Below, in pieces: positions 25,201 to 32,000 of a stretch of 32,000 nucleotides of DNA (position 1 is the stretch's first letter; each line of letters begins with the position of its first letter). Below the pieces are notes generated by a model that had not been told where the DNA came from, did not search any database, and saw only the letters and a list, made by a program, of their open reading frames with translations. Where the stretch lies: the NCBI RefSeq assembly GCF_030253515.1, contig NZ_CP124549.1:300001-332000 (forward strand), written 5' to 3'. Source of the DNA: Candidatus Nanosynbacter lyticus (lineage in GTDB: Bacteria > Patescibacteriota > Saccharimonadia > Saccharimonadales > Saccharimonadaceae). Made by a program: the position numbers and the translations under genes.

Positions 25201-25650
25201 CTACTGCAGTTTTGTTATCATTTCTACTTCGCGGACCGTAAGACCATATTTTTCATAGAACGCTATGGCACGCTGGTTGCTGCTCAGCACTTTTAACCGC
25301 AAGGTATCGCAATTTTTACTCTGGAAATAGTGCTTCATTTCATCCATCAAGGTTCGTCCGATACCGCTGCCGCGCTGCCCTGGCTCGACATAAAGCAATC
25401 CGATCCAGCCGTCTTTTCGCGGCGCATGCACTGCATCGAAAACGGCGTCCTGACCAGGCTGATGATCAATAATCACGCCTTGAATAAAGCCGACCACCTG
25501 GCCGTTCTCCTCGGCAACATACATCGCGCCGTCCATATCCTCGCTATCGTCAATCATCCGCTGCATGTAGTCGCGTGCGTGGCAAAGGCTTTCCAGAAAC
25601 AGGGTCAATCTGGATAGTATCACCGGTGATTTCATCAAATAAGAATTCAT
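25201..25650 (-). CDS. GNAT family N-acetyltransferase (5' end uncertain, lies at the island boundary)
   Basis: Acetyl-CoA loop QRGSGIGRTLM and a C-terminal NQRAIAFYEKYG motif. The first ~20 codons lie in the AT-rich sequence that begins near 25640. Confidence 0.75.
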   Translation of the reverse strand: MNSYLMKSPVILSRLTLFLESLCHARDYMQRMIDDSEDMDGAMYVAEENGQVVGFIQGVIIDHQPGQDAVFDAVHAPRKDGWIGLLYVEPGQRGSGIGRTLMDEMKHYFQSKNCDTLRLKVLSSNQRAIAFYEKYGLTVREVEMITKLQ

Positions 25651-25999
25651 CGCCTATAGTATGGACTAAAGCTTTTCTAAACACATTGTTGCCAAATAGC
25701 CGGCTAGCTTCCATGTCATATATACTGCATGCCTTTTTGTCTGCCCTAAGGATATCAGACATATAGTCTTTGCTGGCATACGTATGTCCGTCGCTTTCTA
25801 TGACTATATTGCTGTATAAAAATGCACGACTTTTACCTTTAGGAGGTTCAAAAGACATGTCCCCAATCTTGGTATTGATATCGCTAAGTAGTTTAAGTAA
25901 ACTCTCTCTAGTAAGAACTCCTTCACTTGTTGTAGAGTAAGTATTCTTACTTCGCCATTCTGATACAAATCTAATAAGGTCATCTACTGTTGTTGCCAT
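25550..25999 (-). CDS. Hypothetical protein, third gene of the island operon
   Basis: ATG 25999 with a GGAGAT SD, overlapping the upstream gene by 16 nt. The last ~25 codons run into GNAT coding sequence in another frame, so the true C-terminus is uncertain. Confidence 0.5.
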   Translation of the reverse strand: MATTVDDLIRFVSEWRSKNTYSTTSEGVLTRESLLKLLSDINTKIGDMSFEPPKGKSRAFLYSNIVIESDGHTYASKDYMSDILRADKKACSIYDMEASRLFGNNVFRKALVHTIGDEFLFDEITGDTIQIDPVSGKPLPRTRLHAADD

Positions 26000-26475
26000 A
26001 TCTTATCTCCATTATTGAAGCTTATTATTGCAGTATTTTTGAAGGAAAGTTTTAAGTCTTTATTTGCTGGTGGTAGACTTGAACGACGATAAGCTAGTAA
26101 TGCTTCTTTAAGCATAAATAATAGCTTGTCGCTATGAGGACGTATTTTTTCTGGAGCAACAATCTTAGTAGCTATTATAACGATTTCTTTATTTTGGCCT
26201 ATTATGTCTTCGTAGTAGTCAATCCTTGTAGCAGTGTCCATCCATATTAATACACCAACGCCATCAAAGGCGTTGTCTACACGAAAACCATTATGTGCCC
26301 GACCAAACTGACCCTGTATAGACGCAAAAAGCGCATCCTTTTTCGTATCACGAACGCACATTGTTAAATTACGCTCCATGGTGTCGTCACGACCAGGCCA
26401 GGGTGCGGATAGTTTATACTTTTGTATTATTTCTTTAACTTTTTTCTCGCTGAGCGTCTCGTTTCTAAAATCCAT
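25984..26475 (-). CDS. Hypothetical protein, tandem paralog B (163 aa)
   Basis: ATG 26475 (AAAGGA upstream) aligns with the start of paralog A. Shared blocks: K-VKE(I/L)..KY(K/N)L, VLIW...RID.YE, (K/R)I(V/I)AP and (D/E)(K/E)IW at the C-terminus. Confidence 0.6.
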   Translation of the reverse strand: MDFRNETLSEKKVKEIIQKYKLSAPWPGRDDTMERNLTMCVRDTKKDALFASIQGQFGRAHNGFRVDNAFDGVGVLIWMDTATRIDYYEDIIGQNKEIVIIATKIVAPEKIRPHSDKLLFMLKEALLAYRRSSLPPANKDLKLSFKNTAIISFNNGDKIWQQQ

Positions 26476-26572
26476 ATCATCCTTTCTAAACAAGCTTCTT
26501 GGTGGCTAATATTTCTATAACCGTTAGGTTAATACCCCCTTTTTTCCTTAATAGACCAACTGACAACTCCCT

Positions 26573-27091
26573 CTACAGTTTCCATATCTCATCCTTATCC
26601 ATAAAAGTTATGTCAACTCCTCTAAAACCGCTCTTCTTCTGACTGTCTCTGGGCAGAAGTGTGGCTTGATGAAGAGCAAGAGAACTCTCTTCAACTAGTT
26701 GTGCAATTTTTTCCTTTTCACTCTTCAGTTCAGTCGGAGCTATAATACGATTTGCTACTAGTATGAACTCCTTGATTTGTCCATGTCCACTATTAAACTC
26801 TTCCACATTGAGACCCATAAAACTTTCATACAAGTCTATGCGTATGTTAAACCCCTTCCATATAAGCACATTTATTCGAGGAATTCCTCCTGCGAGTAGC
26901 TGACCGTTAAGAGATACCCCTTGTTGAGACTGTACTGAAACGCATATTGCGTCGTCTTCTTTGCTGTATGCCACTGCAATCATATGGCTATCAAGGGAAT
27001 GGCTGTCGTCAAATCCTGGCCTAATCAGGTTATATTTATCAGTTAATTCCTTAACCTTATCTTTGTCAATCAGTCTACCGATAAAGCTCAT
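26573..27091 (-). CDS. Hypothetical protein, tandem paralog A (172 aa)
   Basis: The start is trimmed to ATG 27091 (MSFIGRLIDKDKVKEL..) by alignment with paralog B. The 43 upstream codons of the listed ORF look non-coding. Confidence 0.6.
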   Translation of the reverse strand: MSFIGRLIDKDKVKELTDKYNLIRPGFDDSHSLDSHMIAVAYSKEDDAICVSVQSQQGVSLNGQLLAGGIPRINVLIWKGFNIRIDLYESFMGLNVEEFNSGHGQIKEFILVANRIIAPTELKSEKEKIAQLVEESSLALHQATLLPRDSQKKSGFRGVDITFMDKDEIWKL

Positions 27092-27288
27092 GATTTTTCC
27101 ATTTAATAAATTAAAACAATTACCTTTATTATAAATATACACTGCAAACCATACAAACTTTTCTTGATAAACAAAGAAGACGGAAACTCCGCCAAATTTA
27201 AAACCTAATTGGTGAGCCAACCAATATAAATGTGGAACTCCTTTTTCGCGATTTGTTTGTACTGCGGGATCGCTTCAAGGAGCTTGGT

Positions 27289-27345
27289 ATGGTTATCAAA
27301 AATGGCGAGGTGTATTTGCCGGATTTGGACGAGCGCGATGTTTAA
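27289..27345 (+). CDS. Possible 18-codon upstream ORF coupled to the nuclease gene, or the tail of a lost gene
   Basis: AAGGAG (27277-27282), 6 nt, then ATG. Its stop overlaps the nuclease start (ATGTTTAA). The frame is open back to 27202 (..VELLFRDLFVLRDRFKELG..). Confidence 0.25.
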   Translation: MVIKNGEVYLPDLDERDV

Positions 27346-27799
27346 TTTGCGAAAATCGAGCTCAAAACTCTACGACCAGAACACTTTTGACGACCAGTTT
27401 ATGCGCGACTTACGAAGAGCCCGAAAAAGCGTTATTATCGAAAGCCCGTTTCTCAGAACTGCCCGAGTTGAAAGATTCATCCCGATATTTCATCGGCTCA
27501 AAAAGCGTGGCGTGGCAATATTGCTTAACACCAAACCGCTTGAAGAATACGATGAGATATACAAATTGCAAGTCCAAAAATCTCTAAGTTCACTACAATC
27601 TGCGGGTGTCGACGTTCTTTTTACAGTCAAACATCACCGTAAATTAGCCATCATTGATAGGCAGGTTATTTACGAAGGTAGCCTAAATATTCTCTCATAT
27701 CACGATAGTTGTGAGATAATGAGAAGGACAGTATCTGTGATTGAAGCGAAAATGTTGATAGATTTTATTGGCTTAAATAAATTCATGGAGGTGAAGTAA
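27338..27799 (+). CDS. Single-HKD phospholipase D-family nuclease (Nuc-like)
   Basis: HKD motif HRKLAIID followed by GSLN. 153 aa from ATG 27338; the upstream part of the listed ORF is low-quality sequence. Confidence 0.8.
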   Translation: MFNLRKSSSKLYDQNTFDDQFMRDLRRARKSVIIESPFLRTARVERFIPIFHRLKKRGVAILLNTKPLEEYDEIYKLQVQKSLSSLQSAGVDVLFTVKHHRKLAIIDRQVIYEGSLNILSYHDSCEIMRRTVSVIEAKMLIDFIGLNKFMEVK

Positions 27800-27801
27800 T
27801 C

Positions 27802-28026
27802 ATGAACGACGAGAACACAATCAAAGATCTTCACCTGTACGAAGACGAAGAAACGATTCAGAAAACGATCCACTATCTGGAGCTTCATGACCCGAACAAC
27901 GCCAATCGCGAATATGCAGTCGGATTTCTGAAATTCATGCAGCGATTTGCACATGTTGCCAGCAAGAGTGAGGGGTTTGATTTTGAGGGGTTTTTGGAAA
28001 AGTATAAAGGCACCAAAAAAGAGTAA
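27802..28026 (+). CDS. Hypothetical small acidic protein (74 aa) immediately after the nuclease
   Basis: The ATG lies 2 nt after the nuclease stop. No motif recognised. Confidence 0.5.
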   Translation: MNDENTIKDLHLYEDEETIQKTIHYLELHDPNNANREYAVGFLKFMQRFAHVASKSEGFDFEGFLEKYKGTKKE

Positions 28027-28043
28027 TAGCCTTTTGCTACTAC

Positions 28044-28319
28044 CTAGCAATCATCTAACCTTGTATGCAATAAGGATAGCACGCTTAAAGCATCCAAACA
28101 GTGTTGCTCGGTAATGACACCTGTCGCAGACAAGTCATTGTGTGTTTCGTGAGATAGGGGATTTCGATAGCCGCTAACGATTCCCGCAGACAAGTACCTC
28201 TGTGCAGCCTCGAGACTTTTCTTGGTTTTGTTATCAAAGGGAGTTCCGTCTGAACGGGTTGCTGATTGCGCAATGTGTAGCACGGCCTCTTGTGGGTTTT
28301 CGCTAAACACTTTCATCAT
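28044..28319 (-). CDS. HEPN-motif protein fragment (TIGR02391-like C-terminal part)
   Basis: Rx4H motif in GYRNPLSHETH, with flanking pattern ..VFSENP.. and ..LSVLSLLHTRLD. The N-terminal helix pair I recall for this family is absent, and stops lie directly upstream. Confidence 0.55.
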   Translation of the reverse strand: MMKVFSENPQEAVLHIAQSATRSDGTPFDNKTKKSLEAAQRYLSAGIVSGYRNPLSHETHNDLSATGVITEQHCLDALSVLSLLHTRLDDC

Positions 28320-28530
28320 TAAAGGGCCTTCGTCTAGCTCACTGATCGTACGAGATTTGTCTGGATTTTGACTAATTGACTTAGCCCTAGGTAAATATTA
28401 GCAGAGTTTTAGTTGAATGTCAAAACATTGCCCGGATAAACGCCCTAAGCGTAAGTCATTTAAAGTACCTCGTGAAATTTATGCTGTGTTTAAGAAAATA
28501 CTAACAACCCTGTGCTATACTTAGACACGC

Positions 28531-28962
28531 ATGGCTTCAAAAAATATTATTCACCGTTATAGTTCAGGAGGGGTTATCCTTAAAGATAACAGGGTTCTTA
28601 TAATTGAATCATTGCAACCAATCAAGGAATATTCTTTTCCTAAAGGCTCTATAGAACCCGGAGAACATCACCGTGACACCGCAGTGCGAGAAATACTTGA
28701 GGAGACTGGATACTACACAACGATTCTAGGGTTTATTGATACTCTAATATATGAATTCTCAACAGGTGATGGACACGTAGTGAAAAAGGTTTCATACTAT
28801 GCTATGTCTATTAATAGCTTAGTGCCTCGGCAGCGACAACAGCTTCAACCGGGAGAGGATATACGCCCCTTATGGGTCAGCTTGCCAAAAGCTTTTCAGC
28901 TCCTCACCCACAAAAACACGAGACAACTTCTTGCTAAGGCAATTAAAATGTACCGTCATTGA
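28531..28962 (+). CDS. Nudix hydrolase
   Basis: Perfect Nudix box GSIEPGEHHRDTAVREILEETGY. TATACT lies 9 nt upstream of the ATG with no SD. Confidence 0.85.
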   Translation: MASKNIIHRYSSGGVILKDNRVLIIESLQPIKEYSFPKGSIEPGEHHRDTAVREILEETGYYTTILGFIDTLIYEFSTGDGHVVKKVSYYAMSINSLVPRQRQQLQPGEDIRPLWVSLPKAFQLLTHKNTRQLLAKAIKMYRH

Positions 28963-29734
28963 AGCAACAACTACCTACAGACTCCTCTACGGTGCGGTGT
29001 GAGAAAAAGTAATTTGCTAGGATGAATATAATATTTCTATCATCTGGAGACATAGCAGCAACATTAAAGACAGTTAGTAGCCTTAGAGACATCATTACGC
29101 ATATCTCTCTATTAATTTTGCTAAGGATATTCTTGTCTATACCTTTGATATAGTACTTCATATAATCATGAACTATTCTTTGGCGTGAGGTATTGAGGTT
29201 TACCCATACTTTACCGTCAGCATGAGTGATCTCTTTAGATCTGCCTAGCGGATTAGGTTTAGACTCTGCCCATTTCGCATACGATGGTCCAAAATAATTT
29301 CCTCCACATATAATATGATGGATGAATGTTGATATGTCAGTAGATAGCCTGTTCCATCCAGCCGCCTCAAAATCAACAAGGTAGCCATTCTGAAAGATAT
29401 TCATATCATGAACATCCCCTTGAGAGGGTATGACATATGTATTATTCATGTTTTTTTGCATATCTTTAACATATTTCTTTACCGCATAAAGCAGGTCGTC
29501 TAGTATATAGACGATTAAGCCGTTCACGCTTTTTAGCGACTCATCCGCACAAAATTCCTCGTATTGTCTCAAAAATTGCGGCGATTCTATCATATGCAAT
29601 CGATTAATATAAAAGCTTTTCGTGCCTCCAGCTTTAATATGAGACCAAATACCCATTGTGTTTGCAAGGCTAGACAGGTCTCTGAAAAACTCAGACATAT
29701 CTATGTCCGCGTCACTACGAAGAATGTGTATCAA
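28943..29734 (-). CDS. APH/choline-kinase-fold phosphotransferase-like protein, N-lobe apparently missing
   Basis: Catalytic-loop-like GDVHDMNIF and a DFE motif (LVDFEAAGWN) sit near aa 105-125, whereas I recall about 190-210 in full-length APH enzymes. The 5' end overlaps the recombinase remnant antisense. Confidence 0.5.
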   Translation of the reverse strand: MIHILRSDADIDMSEFFRDLSSLANTMGIWSHIKAGGTKSFYINRLHMIESPQFLRQYEEFCADESLKSVNGLIVYILDDLLYAVKKYVKDMQKNMNNTYVIPSQGDVHDMNIFQNGYLVDFEAAGWNRLSTDISTFIHHIICGGNYFGPSYAKWAESKPNPLGRSKEITHADGKVWVNLNTSRQRIVHDYMKYYIKGIDKNILSKINREICVMMSLRLLTVFNVAAMSPDDRNIIFILANYFFSHRTVEESVGSCCFNDGTF

Positions 29735-31043
29735 ATCGATTGATCGCTTTACACGAGGTGGTGGTGATTACTATTCTCCGCTCAAGCGGCAGTTGACTAA
29801 GCTTGGTATTGCACTTGAGGATATGTACGGAGTTATTGGTAAGCAGCAAATTAACACTCTTGAGCATACCGGGTTCAAATATTACTGGAGTGAGTTTAAT
29901 CCAACACAAAAATCTGAGTATCTGGAGGCTGAGCGCGCCAAGGACGAGATGCGCGCTGCGCATGTTTATACAAACCCGCAAATTGCCGATGAGCTTAATT
30001 CCATGGGCTTTCGCTCTCGCGTGACGATTGTGCGCGACAAATACGACCGAACAAAAATTAAACGACAGATTGGTGGCCGAAAAATGACTGCCAAAATGAT
30101 TGATCAATACACTAGTAAATTGGTATATTGCGGTATTATTAAGGAAAAATGGACGTATGATAAGCCAGTTAAAGCGCAGTTTGATGGGCTCGTTAGCGTG
30201 GATTTATTCAACGAAGCTAATCGCGGCCGAGTCTTCGTGGAGATTGATAGCCATGATAGTATCACCATTAAACGTAAGGCTGTTCCGAATCATTTGAAAA
30301 GTAAACAAGTTTATAACCCAGATTATCCATATAAGCAGGTAGTTGCCTGTCCTAAATGCGGTAAGACACTATCTGGTAGCGCTCGTGGCAAGCTCGGTAA
30401 ACACTATCCAGCTTATCACTGCAGTCGCGATGGCCATTACTTCCGTGTGTCGAAGCCTGAATTTGATAAGACGATAGAAGACTTTGTGAGGGCTATTACT
30501 ATCAAGCCAGAGTATGTTGACGATGTTATCGCCGCCATCGCTGAATTGTGGCGCGAACGTCAGGCCAAGCAGATTGATGCTAGTAGGCAACGCCTAGAGC
30601 ACCGCGAGAGCTTGCAAAGCCAAATCAAGGTAACCGTTGATCGGATGTGTATTGTCACAAGCGAGACAGCCCTAAAATACCTTGAAGAGGATATTGTTAG
30701 CGTCGAAAAAGAATTAGCAGAGCTGGATGAAGAAATTGCTAGGCAGCCGAATTTACAAGCTGAATTTGACCAAGTTTTGCAATATGCAAAATATATTTTG
30801 GAACACCTTTCAGAGCTGCTACTTGACCTCTGTAATCCACTGCGAAAAGCCGCTTTTTTCGGTGCTATATTCAACAAGCTTCCAACCTACGAACAAATAA
30901 ACTTTGGAACCCACAAAAACAGCCCACCACCAGAGGTAAACGAGCTATTTCAAATCCGAACGGAATACAAATCCCTGTATGGTGACCCTACCGGGAATCG
31001 AACCCGGGTTGCTGGGATGAGAACCCAGTGTCCTAACCGCTAG
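29658..31043 (+). pseudogene. Large serine recombinase lacking the catalytic N-terminal part
   Basis: Recombinase domain and zinc ribbon are present (CPKCGKTL..YHCSRDGHYFRV) with a C-terminal coiled coil. The ORF opens only at the end of the resolvase domain (SIDRFTRGG), so the Ser nucleophile region is absent. The last 21 codons are antisense to the tRNA. Confidence 0.7.
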
Positions 31044-31054
31044 ACGATAGGGCC
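30980..31054 (-). tRNA. tRNA-Glu (anticodon CUC), CCA encoded
   Basis: Hand-folded cloverleaf. Acceptor GGCCCTA/TAGGGTC, D stem GTCT/GGAC, anticodon stem CTGGG/CCCAG with loop TTCTCAT. 4-nt variable loop, T arm CCGGG-TTCGATT-CCCGG, discriminator A plus CCA. Confidence 0.9.
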
Positions 31055-31071
31055 GCGTAAGCTACCGGGCC

Positions 31072-31100
31072 ATTATAGCATGGTTAGCTGGGGGCGTCTA
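31072..31100 (-). promoter_or_regulatory. Putative tRNA promoter TAGACG-N17-TATAAT
   Basis: TATAAT (31077-31072) lies 17 nt upstream of the mature 5' end. The -35-like TAGACG overlaps the stop of the upstream regulator gene. Confidence 0.45.
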
Positions 31101-31472
31101 GCCCATTTGGTTGACGACGTCGATCAGCTTGCGGGGCGTGATGTCGGCCTTGATGAGGTAGCCGTCGACGCGGTTCATGATGGCGGATTTGGTGGCGTCG
31201 TCTTGCTCAAAGTTAGTCATGATGAGGATTTTACTGTTGGGAATCAGGTCGGTATCATCAGAGCGCAGGGCGTCTAGAATTTGGTCGCCGCGCTGTTCGG
31301 GCAGCATCAAGTCAAGGATGATCAAGTCAAACGGCTGACTCCGGGCCATGACCAGCCCGTCATTACCATCGACCACCCAGGTCACGTCATAGCCAGCTTT
31401 TTGCAGGCTGCGCACATACATCTCGCCGATAAAGCGGTCGTCCTCCACGCACAAGATTGTTTTGATTGCCAT
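31098..31472 (-). CDS. Single-domain CheY-like response regulator
   Basis: 124 aa, receiver domain only (ILCVEDD..LDLMLPEQRG..IKAD). Confidence 0.9.
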   Translation of the reverse strand: MAIKTILCVEDDRFIGEMYVRSLQKAGYDVTWVVDGNDGLVMARSQPFDLIILDLMLPEQRGDQILDALRSDDTDLIPNSKILIMTNFEQDDATKSAIMNRVDGYLIKADITPRKLIDVVNQMG

Positions 31473-31484
31473 ACTTCCCTCCTC

Positions 31485-32000
31485 TTATCCTCGATACATA
31501 GCGTGATTTTTTATCCAGCCACCGCCCTGGCGGATCAGATTGCGATTGAGCTGTCCGTCCTCGAGTAGCTTGTCCTTAACGGCGGCGTACACCGGCACAG
31601 TAAACGAAAAGACCGAGCCTTCGTTTTCTTTGGAGCGAGCGGTGATGTGACCGCCATGGCTCTCGATAAAGGCCTTGCAGATATAGAGGCCGATGCCGGT
31701 GCCAGAGACGGTTTCGCGGCTGCGGTGCGAGCGGTAGAATTTGTGAAATAGATTTTTGACGACGCTCGGCGGCATACCGACGCCATTGTCAGCGACAGAG
31801 ACTTCGATAAAGTCACCTTTTTGTTCGGCGCTGACAGAGACAGTGCCGCCCTCAAAACTGTATTTGATGGCGTTGTCGATGAGGTTAGAGATGACCTCGC
31901 TGATGCTGGAGCGGTCGGCAGCGATGGTTGGCAGGTCGGAGGGGATGCTGATGTTGAGCAAGCGGTGCTGCGTCGATGCGCGTAGCTGCATGTCGTCGGC
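31485..32000 (-). CDS. Histidine kinase, C-terminal part (gene continues beyond the window)
   Basis: HATPase_c boxes (NLIDNAIKYS, DNGVGM, GTGIGLYICK). The frame is open to the window edge. Confidence 0.85.
   Translation of the reverse strand, partial: ADDMQLRASTQHRLLNISIPSDLPTIAADRSSISEVISNLIDNAIKYSFEGGTVSVSAEQKGDFIEVSVADNGVGMPPSVVKNLFHKFYRSHRSRETVSGTGIGLYICKAFIESHGGHITARSKENEGSVFSFTVPVYAAVKDKLLEDGQLNRNLIRQGGGWIKNHAMYRG

Larger units (their letters stand above)
25640..30979. mobile_element. Degraded integrative island next to the 3' end of tRNA-Glu
   Basis: Compositional drop: spot counts of 60-nt lines gave 27% and 42% G+C inside versus 62% in the kinase gene outside. A serine recombinase remnant abuts the tRNA. 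Several genes are truncated, and the cargo is typical of defence or accessory regions. The left boundary is approximate. Confidence 0.5.

Noticed and set aside
25600-25660. Search for a direct repeat of the tRNA-Glu 3' end at the left island border (attL/attR).
   Set aside because: No convincing copy of the tRNA 3' sequence was seen. Serine recombinases need only very short crossover cores, so absence is uninformative and the left boundary remains approximate.
27092-27337. N-terminal extensions of listed ORFs 26573-27220 (-) and 27230-27799 (+).
   Set aside because: The extensions cover the divergent intergenic region, have odd composition (FFVYQEKFVWFAVYIY.. and CLYCGIASRSLVW..) and are absent from the paralog alignment. 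Internal ATGs at 27091 and 27338 fit better.
1-32000. Looked for CRISPR arrays, rRNA, tmRNA, reverse transcriptase/retron, transposase or IS inverted repeats.
   Set aside because: No regularly spaced direct repeats and no recognisable motifs of these classes were seen. The only mobile-element gene is the decayed serine recombinase.

Overview
Gene-dense bacterial chromosomal window, mostly minus-strand, with about 37 protein genes and 1 tRNA and no rRNA or CRISPR array. All calls rest on motif recognition and hand translation; no database search was run. The core holds housekeeping genes (cysS, der, an RsuA/RluB-type pseudouridine synthase, a Gre-family factor). It also holds four two-component systems (the last cut by the window end), two ABC exporters and an AI-2E transporter. 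Nucleotide house-cleaning genes are unusually frequent: 3 Nudix, 2 HAM1/RdgB-like and 1 MazG-like, plus two ASCH-domain proteins. One of these is a GNAT-GNAT-ASCH fusion. Two genes of the leftmost ASCH/Nudix/HAM1/GNAT cluster are broken by single-base frame changes in A/T homopolymers. From about 25.6 to 31.0 kb lies a visibly AT-rich accessory island abutting the 3' end of tRNA-Glu(CUC). It carries a large serine recombinase lacking its catalytic N-terminus, an N-truncated kinase-like gene and a HEPN-motif fragment. It also carries a Nudix gene, a single-HKD (PLD-family) nuclease with two tiny coupled ORFs, and an operon of two tandem paralogs plus a third unknown gene. This operon and nuclease are the best candidate here for an undescribed toxin/immunity or defence module. 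Other non-standard signals: (1) a ~92-bp near-identical repeat carrying a consensus promoter, placed at the 3' ends of der and the pseudouridine synthase, each copy driving a small orphan gene; (2) a recurrent TATAAT-like box 6-10 nt upstream of start codons, suggesting leaderless mRNAs; (3) a kinase/regulator pair in which both proteins end in long Pro/Ala/Thr-rich tails; (4) two candidate structured RNA regions. The gene content fits a reduced-genome, nucleotide-scavenging lineage such as Patescibacteria/Saccharibacteria, but that is inference only.
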